The notes beneath the pieces are model-generated. The model saw nothing but the letters and a program-made list of their open reading frames with translations, was not told the origin of the DNA and ran no database searches. Shown one piece after another: positions 56,039 to 63,741 of a DNA stretch of 64,000 bases (the stretch's first letter is position 1; each line of letters opens with the position of its first letter). The stretch covers positions 48,952 through 112,951 of IMG/VR virus record IMGVR_UViG_3300046787_000327; one strand, written 5' to 3'. A program made the position numbers and the translations under genes. Source of the DNA: a virus.

Positions 56039-56383
56039 CTATGCAGGAACTCTATCATATGCATTAATGAATGCCTCAAAATCTACGGGCACATTATCAG
56101 TAATAGTCTTGTTAACAAAGTCAATGACTACCGTCTGCTCGCCTAGGTCAAAGTTAGTACCTGATACCGCATAGATACCAAAGCCTGTCTCATCTAGGAT
56201 GCTATCTGAAATAAGATAACTAATCATCATTCTGGTCCCATACGTAGAATCAAACCAGCGAGGCTTGGCATGCACAAGTGCTGCAGCAATGTCAGTCTCC
56301 CATGAGTCTTGGCCCCAGTGTGAGTATAGAACTACGGATGAATCAGTACCATCCTTGAATACAAAATTAATACGGGCTCCCAT
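56039..56383 (-). CDS. Hypothetical protein (LYSHWG motif)
   Basis: Coupled ORF. Confidence 0.7.
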   Translation of the reverse strand: MGARINFVFKDGTDSSVVLYSHWGQDSWETDIAAALVHAKPRWFDSTYGTRMMISYLISDSILDETGFGIYAVSGTNFDLGEQTVVIDFVNKTITDNVPVDFEAFINAYDRVPA

Positions 56384-56535
56384 TACTCTTCATCCAATCT
56401 CTCTAGTGCTACGATGCTAATGTCATACAGAATTTCCTTGTATACCTCGTCCATCTCTTCGGTATCAGTGTTAGCCTCAAAACTCATATACTGTCCTGTT
56501 GGCTCGTGTATTACTTCAATTGACCATTTTGGCAT
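56383..56535 (-). CDS. Small acidic protein (not in ORF track)
   Basis: 50 aa; stop/start overlaps on both sides. Confidence 0.6.
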   Translation of the reverse strand: MPKWSIEVIHEPTGQYMSFEANTDTEEMDEVYKEILYDISIVALERLDEE

Positions 56536-57050
56536 TATCGTCCACCTAGGTCAAACCATGTATCTTCTGTTTCTACATCTTTGTTTTCTGTCATTTGGGT
56601 CTCCTCTGTTGGGTTCTCTAATTTTAGCATTTCTTCTTCGGTAATGCAAATCGGGCATCGCTCATAGTCATAGTATCTATCATTAATTAATTGGCCATCA
56701 TCTTCCATCTCTTCCCCGCAACCTTCGCAGTAGTACCAGTATGAAGAGACTTTGATTTGGATAACGCACTCTTCCTCATTTGGTGCGGGGACCTCGGTAA
56801 TGAAGTATCCTAATCTATTTATATAGTGAAAGCCATTCCAGATATAAGAACCACCATCATCACCATCACCATAGGTCCAGATACAGAGTGGATTCTGCTG
56901 CTTAACAAACTCATACTCATCACCATATGTCTCAAACATAATGCCTGAACCTGATTCATCTTGGAATGAGGCATTCTTGTCTATATGATTAGTGATAGGC
57001 TTGTAAGTGGCTGTCCACTCTTCCATTGTCATTTCTTTAAAGTCGCTCAT
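56535..57050 (-). CDS. Hypothetical protein (FETYG...GFHYINRLGY + Zn finger)
   Basis: SD + CCCC spacer before ATG. Confidence 0.7.
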   Translation of the reverse strand: MSDFKEMTMEEWTATYKPITNHIDKNASFQDESGSGIMFETYGDEYEFVKQQNPLCIWTYGDGDDGGSYIWNGFHYINRLGYFITEVPAPNEEECVIQIKVSSYWYYCEGCGEEMEDDGQLINDRYYDYERCPICITEEEMLKLENPTEETQMTENKDVETEDTWFDLGGR

Positions 57051-57096
57051 GGGGTGTCTTTCTACTAGGGTATATTATAAGTATAGCGGTTTGATA

Positions 57097-57351
57097 TTAA
57101 TCTGTCAACTTCATACGGACAATATCATAGGCATCAATCGCCCCTGCTGTGTAATCAGACATGGCATCTTCGTTCTCCTGGATATACTCATCACGCAGTA
57201 GGGTTAGTTCTTCAATACGCCCCTTTACAAATGACAACAGATCCTGGGTAACATTATCCTCTGCACAATCTCCGCAGTAGGTTTCATCTCCATGTGAATA
57301 AGGAAGAGAAGTTCCACATCCATTGCACCAAGACTCATCATACATTCCCAT
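57097..57351 (-). CDS. Small Zn-finger protein
   Basis: CNGC...CGDC. Confidence 0.6.
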   Translation of the reverse strand: MGMYDESWCNGCGTSLPYSHGDETYCGDCAEDNVTQDLLSFVKGRIEELTLLRDEYIQENEDAMSDYTAGAIDAYDIVRMKLTD

Positions 57352-57557
57352 TACTCAACCTCAATCACTGGTAGGTAGTCTGCATTAAAGATTAGTGAGT
57401 AGGCAGATGACAAACCTTCTGCATATCCTTCTGCATGGGTGCGTTCCATAGAGAGCATTGCATCAGAGTAGTCGTCCTCTTCTTCCTCTTTAGCAATCTC
57501 ATTGAACTCAGCCCAAGCCTTATCAATCATTTGCTTTAGCATTTCTTGTGGGGTCAT
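57351..57557 (-). CDS. Acidic hypothetical protein
   Basis: AAGGAG SD before 57557. Confidence 0.6.
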   Translation of the reverse strand: MTPQEMLKQMIDKAWAEFNEIAKEEEEDDYSDAMLSMERTHAEGYAEGLSSAYSLIFNADYLPVIEVE

Positions 57558-57567
57558 TTGTTTCTCC

Positions 57568-58095
57568 TTAGCAGTGAAAATCAATTGGTACTAAAAATTG
57601 TAGCAGACCTGATTTGGATTTGTCAAGTCGCTCTGGCAGGTATCCCATGTGTGCTGTGTATTCAACCATATCGTAAAAGTAGGAGTCAGATGTATAACTA
57701 TCTGATAACAGTTCCCCTGCCTTTTTGATATAGTATGAGTTCATATCAAATCGGTTCTCATCAGCAGGTAGTCCACTGTTTGAGATGTAGTCAACGATAT
57801 CACTCATAAACTTATCAGTCTTGATACGCTTTAGCATATGGTTCATCTCATCAATACGAGCCTGCTTGCATGATTGGATAATCTCATTAAACTTGTCAGG
57901 GTCTTCTGTATAAGACACAACCATATCAGATGAGTTCTCATACTGTGAGTCAGACCAACGCCCTCCTCCAACTACATGCCAGTCAGACCATTCAACAAAG
58001 TTGCCTCCGTCATCATTAATTAATCTAGCAACAACTTGGTTAAAAGCGTCTTCTTTATCTTCAGCCTCAACAGCCCACCAATGTAATGTATGCAT
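57568..58095 (-). CDS. Hypothetical protein (DWHVVGGGRWS...PIDFH)
   Basis: Coupled ORF. Confidence 0.7.
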   Translation of the reverse strand: MHTLHWWAVEAEDKEDAFNQVVARLINDDGGNFVEWSDWHVVGGGRWSDSQYENSSDMVVSYTEDPDKFNEIIQSCKQARIDEMNHMLKRIKTDKFMSDIVDYISNSGLPADENRFDMNSYYIKKAGELLSDSYTSDSYFYDMVEYTAHMGYLPERLDKSKSGLLQFLVPIDFHC

Positions 58096-58289
58096 TAGTC
58101 TTCTGTCTCCCCGTCTTCGTCCTCATCTTCGTAGACTTCTTCAGCCATTTCTTCTACATTAATTGAATAGACTTCTGAGAACATTGTGTAATCTTCCCAC
58201 TTCCAGCCTTGCTCTTCTGCTTCCTCAACTGAGTTAGCCTCTACTTCGTATTCAAGGTCTACTCGTACTTTTACATAATACTGTGGCAT
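58095..58289 (-). CDS. Small acidic protein
   Basis: AAGGAG SD; VEANSVEEA motif. Confidence 0.65.
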   Translation of the reverse strand: MPQYYVKVRVDLEYEVEANSVEEAEEQGWKWEDYTMFSEVYSINVEEMAEEVYEDEDEDGETED

Positions 58290-58313
58290 TTGGGTCTCCT
58301 TTTGTTGTATATA

Positions 58314-58520
58314 TTAATTATAGGGGTTGGTGTTGATTTTTACAACTTGTGGGGATGTGATGTTAGTCACAGGCTCCTTGACTGTAGCATCTTCCCAGCC
58401 TAAGAGGATCAGTTCATTAGGATAATCACACACACAGGTGGGGGACTGCTTAAAATCCTGGGTAGTGACTTCAAACATAGTATCACAGTATGTACAGATA
58501 AGGTTATACTTAAGCCACAT
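58314..58520 (-). CDS. Small Zn-ribbon protein whose 3' end overlaps the next promoter
   Basis: CTYC...CVC. Confidence 0.55.
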   Translation of the reverse strand: MWLKYNLICTYCDTMFEVTTQDFKQSPTCVCDYPNELILLGWEDATVKEPVTNITSPQVVKINTNPYN

Positions 58521-58521
58521 A

Positions 58522-58686
58522 TTACTCCCCCCAATACTGCATAATAAGATTCATAGTAGTGTGTAGAGAACAATCACAGTCTCCACCGTTCATGTTTTCC
58601 ATGAATTCAAAGTGCGATAGGTTATCCTCGTAGATTTCTTGTACGAGTTCGTGGATAGCATAGGGCTTATAAGTTGTTTGGGTCAT
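58522..58686 (-). CDS. Small hypothetical protein, leaderless (not in ORF track)
   Basis: 54 aa MTQTTYKPY...GGDCDCSLH; TTGTAT-17-TACAAT just upstream. Confidence 0.6.
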   Translation of the reverse strand: MTQTTYKPYAIHELVQEIYEDNLSHFEFMENMNGGDCDCSLHTTMNLIMQYWGE

Positions 58687-58817
58687 GTATTAATTGTAGC
58701 AAAACCTGGGGAAAAATACAACTCTTCGTAAACCGTTTTGACCTAAAATGTATGTGATATGCATCACAGGGGACGTCCCCGCATTTTTATGCAGAGCCCT
58801 GCATATTTATTTACTTG

Positions 58818-58891
58818 CGATCCGTACGGGACTCGAACCCGTGACCTCCACCGTGACAGGGTGGCGAACTAACCAACTATTCTAACGGACC
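58818..58891 (-). tRNA. tRNA-Asp(GTC)
   Basis: CCACC-CTGTCAC-GGTGG; G73. Confidence 0.93.
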
Positions 58892-58895
58892 TTGA

Positions 58896-58924
58896 TGAGC
58901 CTTTTGAAATCATGCTCAGGATTT
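58896..58924 (-). ncRNA. Pseudoknot motif copy 3 (leader of tRNA-Asp)
   Basis: AAATC-CTGAGCAT-GATTT-CAAAAG-GCTCA. Confidence 0.65.
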
Positions 58925-58938
58925 AATTATAGCAGATG

Positions 58939-59961
58939 CTATGCTAATTGCATAACGCCCTGCACAATTTTTAGCAAGCGATTCTTCTCTGCGTTAATTG
59001 CAGGGTCAAATCCTGATGCTGATGCAAGAATAGATTCGTTAGAACCATTACGAGCAGAGCGGTACCAGTCTAGTCGCTCAGTGAGTGCATTGTAAGCACC
59101 CCAAGCGTTACCAGCAATCATGCCATTGAATTCACCAGTGTAGATATCGTTAATAACATCTACCTTGTTTTCCCACTTCTTGAACGCACCCTTAGAATCC
59201 TTCTCAGGCTTAGGGTATGCAGCAAGAATGATATCGTTGAAAGCCTTAGCATTGACTTCCTTCTCGAACATAGCCTTAGCCATGATGTCGAATTCGTCCA
59301 TGTATGCATTAGCAAGACCAAGAGTCTCACGAGCAATCTGCACCTTGCCTGATGCGGTTTGCGTGTGGCGAATCTTGAATGACTGTTTGATTCCCTTATT
59401 CTTCTTACGACCTACGCCACCAAGAGCAAGGTTAAGAGTGTTAGCACACACAACACGAACGGGAGTGATAGATGCCTGAATAGCAATAGAACCGTCGTGT
59501 GATGTGTTGATGAGAAGATAAGTTTTAACCTTATCTGCAACACCGCTAGGGTCAAGAACTGTCTCACGCTCTAGGGCAAGAGCACCGAATACAACACGCC
59601 CACCCTTGATAGAGCCAGCGGTTTCCCATCGTCCGCCACCGTCTAGGATATTATCACCGAATGAGAATAAATCTTCATTCTGCATAACATGGTAACGCTC
59701 ACCAACCACACCAAGAATATCAGTCTGATTCTTGTCGGTAGGGTTAGTACGCAAAACATATTGGTAATTCTTATCGCTTGTAAGATGGGTAGGGGTTTCC
59801 AAATCCTCAAGACGAACATTCCAACCATTGAGGTTTGCAGCCTCAAGCATTTCTGCGGTTGTCTTTTCTTCTGTGAATACGGTACCCAATCCATGCCAAG
59901 CAGGTTCACGGAAAGATGCGAAAGATGTCTTGCCGTTTTGAATTTCTAGGTCATGTGCCAT
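58939..59961 (-). CDS. DUF932 family protein
   Basis: PAWHGLG, ETAGSIKGGR, SHDGS, TPVRVVCANTL, IRHT. Confidence 0.9.
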   Translation of the reverse strand: MAHDLEIQNGKTSFASFREPAWHGLGTVFTEEKTTAEMLEAANLNGWNVRLEDLETPTHLTSDKNYQYVLRTNPTDKNQTDILGVVGERYHVMQNEDLFSFGDNILDGGGRWETAGSIKGGRVVFGALALERETVLDPSGVADKVKTYLLINTSHDGSIAIQASITPVRVVCANTLNLALGGVGRKKNKGIKQSFKIRHTQTASGKVQIARETLGLANAYMDEFDIMAKAMFEKEVNAKAFNDIILAAYPKPEKDSKGAFKKWENKVDVINDIYTGEFNGMIAGNAWGAYNALTERLDWYRSARNGSNESILASASGFDPAINAEKNRLLKIVQGVMQLA

Positions 59962-60137
59962 GAGTTATCTCTTTTCTGTTTGTTGATAATATAAGTATAC
60001 ACAACACCACCGACAAATACAAATCGGGATAGTTAAACATAGGGCAAATCGGACATTTTTGATGTGATCTTAAACACACGGCGTGTCGACTTGACAAACC
60101 TTGATCGGCGGGACGTCGCAAAATTTGAGAGTTTTGG

Positions 60138-60167
60138 TGAGCAGTTTACATGGCCATGCTCAGGGCC
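60138..60167 (-). ncRNA. Pseudoknot motif copy 4
   Basis: GGCC-CTGAGCAT-GGCC-ATGTAAAC-TGCTCA. Confidence 0.65.
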
Positions 60168-60212
60168 CTTACCCAGTTTTTAGACATCTGGTAGGTCCAT
60201 GCTCATAGCCCC

Positions 60213-60641
60213 CTATGAAATATTGTCGGATGATTGCAATGACGAAACATCAAGTGAGAAATCATCAATTGAATAATCAAATGAGTCAACACTGAATTCA
60301 AGACCATTCGCAACATCATCTGCGTCAACATCGAATGGAACCTCTAGTTCGATTTCGAAATCAACTGTTGCAGTTACGGTAACTGTCTTTGTAAGTTCGA
60401 AGTCGCAAATCTCTGCAAGAGACTGTGCAACATTCTCACTGATATCATTATCACGCAATGACTCTACTACGTATTCTTTAACTGTATTAATAAGGTTTTG
60501 GCGTTCGGCCTTTACGGTGAAGGCATATGAAGAATTCTTAGAGACCTCATCTTGCAGGCGAGTGATGTACTCATCCTTTTTCTCAATAAGTTCAAGTAGT
60601 GCTGCTGCTTGACGCTCTAGGTAATCGGTTGTTGCTGACAT
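60213..60641 (-). CDS. Acidic hypothetical protein
   Basis: GAGG + CCCCCT spacer before ATG 60641. Confidence 0.65.
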   Translation of the reverse strand: MSATTDYLERQAAALLELIEKKDEYITRLQDEVSKNSSYAFTVKAERQNLINTVKEYVVESLRDNDISENVAQSLAEICDFELTKTVTVTATVDFEIELEVPFDVDADDVANGLEFSVDSFDYSIDDFSLDVSSLQSSDNIS

Positions 60642-60736
60642 AGGGGGTACCTCTTTCGTTGTTGTTATTAATACTAGTCTACACGAGACCTCTGACAAAT
60701 ACAAATCCTGTGATCCATTTGGGCTACCCTGGTGGG

Positions 60737-60764
60737 TGAGCAGTTTTACAACTTGCTCAGGTTA
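60737..60764 (-). ncRNA. Pseudoknot motif copy 5
   Basis: TAAC-CTGAGCAA-GTTG-TAAAAC-TGCTCA. Confidence 0.65.
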
Positions 60765-60817
60765 GTTTGGGGGAGAGGCTTGAACTAGGTATTGCTACCT
60801 CTCTCCCCCAATTCTAT

Positions 60818-61219
60818 TTAGAGGTACTGTGCTACCTGCTTGAAGGTTGAGGCATTTACAAACTCCTCATCAGTCATTTTGAGAATACGAATTGCGTTCT
60901 CAATCTCTACGATTTCGTACTGACCAAGTTCACGCTCCAAGTCCATTGAAGGCTTCTCAGGAAGTTTAACTGTATTAGCAGGAAGTGTGATAGTTACATT
61001 GAGTTCGTTGCGCCAGTTCTCATGTGCAGAAACTTCTGCCTTTGAGATATGCTTGAACACAATATCCGCAACTTCCTTAGCATACGACTTCTCTGTTTTT
61101 TCGTAGTCCTTACGCTTCTTCTCGTTAGAAACTTCTGCCTTCTTTGCAGACGCTAACTTATCTTCAAGTGCCTTGATTACCTTAGTTGTTGCTACCTTAA
61201 CTGAAATTGCTCTTGCCAT
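60818..61219 (-). CDS. Hypothetical protein
   Basis: 133 aa; SD + CCCC spacer. Confidence 0.7.
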   Translation of the reverse strand: MARAISVKVATTKVIKALEDKLASAKKAEVSNEKKRKDYEKTEKSYAKEVADIVFKHISKAEVSAHENWRNELNVTITLPANTVKLPEKPSMDLERELGQYEIVEIENAIRILKMTDEEFVNASTFKQVAQYL

Positions 61220-61256
61220 GTGGGGTCTTTCCTTTTCTATTAGTTGGGGGTTTTGG

Positions 61257-61285
61257 TGAGCCTTTTAACAACTTGCTCAGGTTGT
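61257..61285 (-). ncRNA. Pseudoknot motif copy 6
   Basis: ACAAC-CTGAGCAA-GTTGT-TAAAAG-GCTCA. Confidence 0.65.
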
Positions 61286-61349
61286 CCCACTCTATTTATT
61301 TAGACACGCATTTCTGTGGGGCGTGGTTGTTTTGGCGTTAGTGCCAAAC

Positions 61350-61514
61350 TTACTTTGATGTCCAAGTTGTGTAACGAACTGAACCATCAACATTTAACTT
61401 CACACGAACATTTCCATTAGCCTGTGGGATAATCTCCTGAATTGTTCCTGTTACCTTTGACTTCTGTGTTGTGTAGAGGTCGCCTACCTTGTATGTGTTT
61501 GTTGCTACTGCCAT
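61350..61514 (-). CDS. Small SH3/KOW-like protein (not in ORF track)
   Basis: 54 aa MAVATNTYKVGDLYTTQKSKVTGTIQEI...; AAGGA SD. Confidence 0.65.
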   Translation of the reverse strand: MAVATNTYKVGDLYTTQKSKVTGTIQEIIPQANGNVRVKLNVDGSVRYTTWTSK

Positions 61515-61879
61515 TTTTGTATTTCCTTTTCTGTTAGGGTTACTTGCTTATGTATTAAGTATAACATTTCCGACTGACATTTTGCAAATACATTTCCTAA
61601 TAATCTCATAATATAAGACATTATTCATGTGACTTGCATCACCTGTTTTCCGTGTTTCCTTATATTATAAGTATAGCGAAAAATGTCATAAATAACAAAT
61701 CTCAAATGGTATAAATCGGACATTGGCTATGTGATAAAGCCCACAAAAATAAAGCGTGTCGTAACTTGACAAACAGGTGCTGGCCGACGTCCCAAAATTC
61801 CAGGGGATCGGTTAGGACCCACTGGAACCAAGGAATGCTGACAGTGTTATCAAGAATATGAATAGATAGAATAGGCCAC

Positions 61880-62602
61880 TCATTTCTTACTCGCACTAAA
61901 TACGATGTCTGCTTTATTATAAACACACAGTGAGCAAGATACGCAGGCGGACCCTGCACTGCTAATAAGTGGAATGGCCTTTTTGTTTTCAGGACATTTT
62001 GCTCCTGGCTTACCTGTTAACTCTTTCATATCCTCTTGACCAATTGCAAAATTCTTAGCAAGATATGCTAACTTAATTCCGCTTTCAGTCTTAAGTTTAA
62101 TTCCAGTTTGCTTGTTGTCGCTATCTGTAGAATAGTACAAAGATAGATTAGGCTGGTCCTTAAGCATTAATGCTGCAGATTCTACACGAGTGTATACCCA
62201 GAATTGTACGAAACGGTAATCCATGATAACTTGCTTCCATGCATATGCATACGTATCATTAAAGAAATCTCCGTCCCAGTGAATGCGGAAGAGTAATGGT
62301 GCGTCTTTCTTTGCACAGTCTTTGATAAAGTCAACAATCATTTCCTTAAGCAATGTAACCATGGTCTCATAGTCTGCGTCTTTAAGTAAATTCCAGTTAT
62401 GTAGTAGGTTTACCTTTACAGAAGGAAATACCTTTTCTAACTTTCCTGCATAGCAGACAGACTCGCATACGGATGTTGCTCCAGGGCATGAGTATGCTTT
62501 GCCTGCGGGTAGGCCGAAGGTGTTAGCAATTGTGGCAGTCTTACCGTTAGGGGATACGGCATTAGTTACTTTTCTATCTTTAGAACGGAGCAGTTTAGTC
62601 AT
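61880..62602 (-). CDS. gp88-like Fe-S (radical-SAM-related) protein
   Basis: FGLPAG...CPGATSVCESVCYA, FRIHWDGDF, FWVYTR, C-terminal CxxCxxC. Confidence 0.75.
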   Translation of the reverse strand: MTKLLRSKDRKVTNAVSPNGKTATIANTFGLPAGKAYSCPGATSVCESVCYAGKLEKVFPSVKVNLLHNWNLLKDADYETMVTLLKEMIVDFIKDCAKKDAPLLFRIHWDGDFFNDTYAYAWKQVIMDYRFVQFWVYTRVESAALMLKDQPNLSLYYSTDSDNKQTGIKLKTESGIKLAYLAKNFAIGQEDMKELTGKPGAKCPENKKAIPLISSAGSACVSCSLCVYNKADIVFSASKK

Positions 62603-62610
62603 GGGGGTCC

Positions 62611-62757
62611 TTACTTTAGGTTATACTTTAATTGTAGCATTTCGCTCTGACATTTTCTACCCTTGCGAGAGTAGGCTTTCTTCGAAGGTACGGCAGAAGC
62701 AGCATTAGAACGGCGTAGTTCCATTAGTCTGCGTAATTCCTCTGGTGTTTTCTTCAT
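62611..62757 (-). CDS. Small basic protein, leaderless (not in ORF track)
   Basis: 48 aa MKKTPEELRRLMELRRSNAA...; TTGACA-18-TAGTAT upstream. Confidence 0.6.
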   Translation of the reverse strand: MKKTPEELRRLMELRRSNAASAVPSKKAYSRKGRKCQSEMLQLKYNLK

Positions 62758-62849
62758 GTATTAATACTAACACACATGGTCTTAAAATGTCAACTTGGAT
62801 CTATGTGATTAATCTCACACGGGGACGTCCCATTTTTCAGGGGAGAGGT

Positions 62850-63098
62850 TTAATCCTCTACTTCTTCTTCACGGAATACATACAACTTAATTGTATCAGT
62901 GTAGTTATACTCTGTTACATCTCTATCACCATAGTCATTAACATGACCTACATAGTATGTATCACCTGTTGCATCTGAGTCGATACCTAATACAGTTACG
63001 ATATCGCCTTCAACTTCGATAATGTCTTCCTCCATTAGTTGGTCTGGAGTAAGTAAGTCTGCGTAGATTAGTTCCATGCTGTTTATTGTAGCAGTCAT
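62850..63098 (-). CDS. Acidic hypothetical protein
   Basis: GAGGAGG SD before 63098. Confidence 0.6.
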   Translation of the reverse strand: MTATINSMELIYADLLTPDQLMEEDIIEVEGDIVTVLGIDSDATGDTYYVGHVNDYGDRDVTEYNYTDTIKLYVFREEEVED

Positions 63099-63099
63099 T

Positions 63100-63375
63100 T
63101 TAGTATTCCTCCTCTGGAAGCCATGGTGATAGGTGGTGAGCATCTACGATAGCCGATGCAGGACATGAAGAATTACCCCGCCAGAATACGCCTTCAGGCA
63201 ATTCAATATCACGCTGATAGTCTTCCTCATAGTACGCATCGATAGCATCGATACATGGCTGCACCATTGTTAGCGGTACAGGTGGATAGTGATTACCCTG
63301 CAAGTGGAAACCGATAGCCTGTTCAAGGGTGATATCGATATTCTCTGCCAAATCAGTTGCTGTGTTAAGTCCCAT
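63100..63375 (-). CDS. Hypothetical protein (HLQGNHYPPVP motif)
   Basis: Coherent ORF. Confidence 0.7.
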   Translation of the reverse strand: MGLNTATDLAENIDITLEQAIGFHLQGNHYPPVPLTMVQPCIDAIDAYYEEDYQRDIELPEGVFWRGNSSCPASAIVDAHHLSPWLPEEEY

Positions 63376-63376
63376 A

Positions 63377-63592
63377 TTACTTACCCCCTACATTTCCGTC
63401 ACGATAGAATATCTTAGTATGCATTTTGCCATTAGGCTCTGATAGGTTAATTGTGCGGTATTCATTAGCGAATCCATAATCAACACACGCATTAAAGACA
63501 TTAACTGCCTCTAGTGCATTATCATAGCGACCAATCCAATTAGGTTGTGACGCTCCGTCATAAGTTGAAGTTACTGAGTATTCATAGTCCAT
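63377..63592 (-). CDS. Hypothetical protein
   Basis: GGAGG SD. Confidence 0.65.
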   Translation of the reverse strand: MDYEYSVTSTYDGASQPNWIGRYDNALEAVNVFNACVDYGFANEYRTINLSEPNGKMHTKIFYRDGNVGGK

Positions 63593-63741
63593 TATTTAGC
63601 CTCCGCTGTTAAGAATAGTTGGTTGATATAGTCATAGCCTATCATGGCTTCTACCTCACGGTCAAGATAGCAACGGAAGCAATAGAGTTCTGTTACATCT
63701 ACTGCGTTCTCATTACACTGCATACATGTATAGTCGGTCAT
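63592..63741 (-). CDS. Small Zn-finger protein (not in ORF track)
   Basis: 49 aa CMQC...CFRC; AAGGAACCCCC-ATG. Confidence 0.6.
   Translation of the reverse strand: MTDYTCMQCNENAVDVTELYCFRCYLDREVEAMIGYDYINQLFLTAEAK

Noticed and set aside
58818-58891. Prophage attachment site at tRNA-Asp
   Set aside because: No integrase, no duplicated tRNA 3' end, and phage-like genes continue on both sides.
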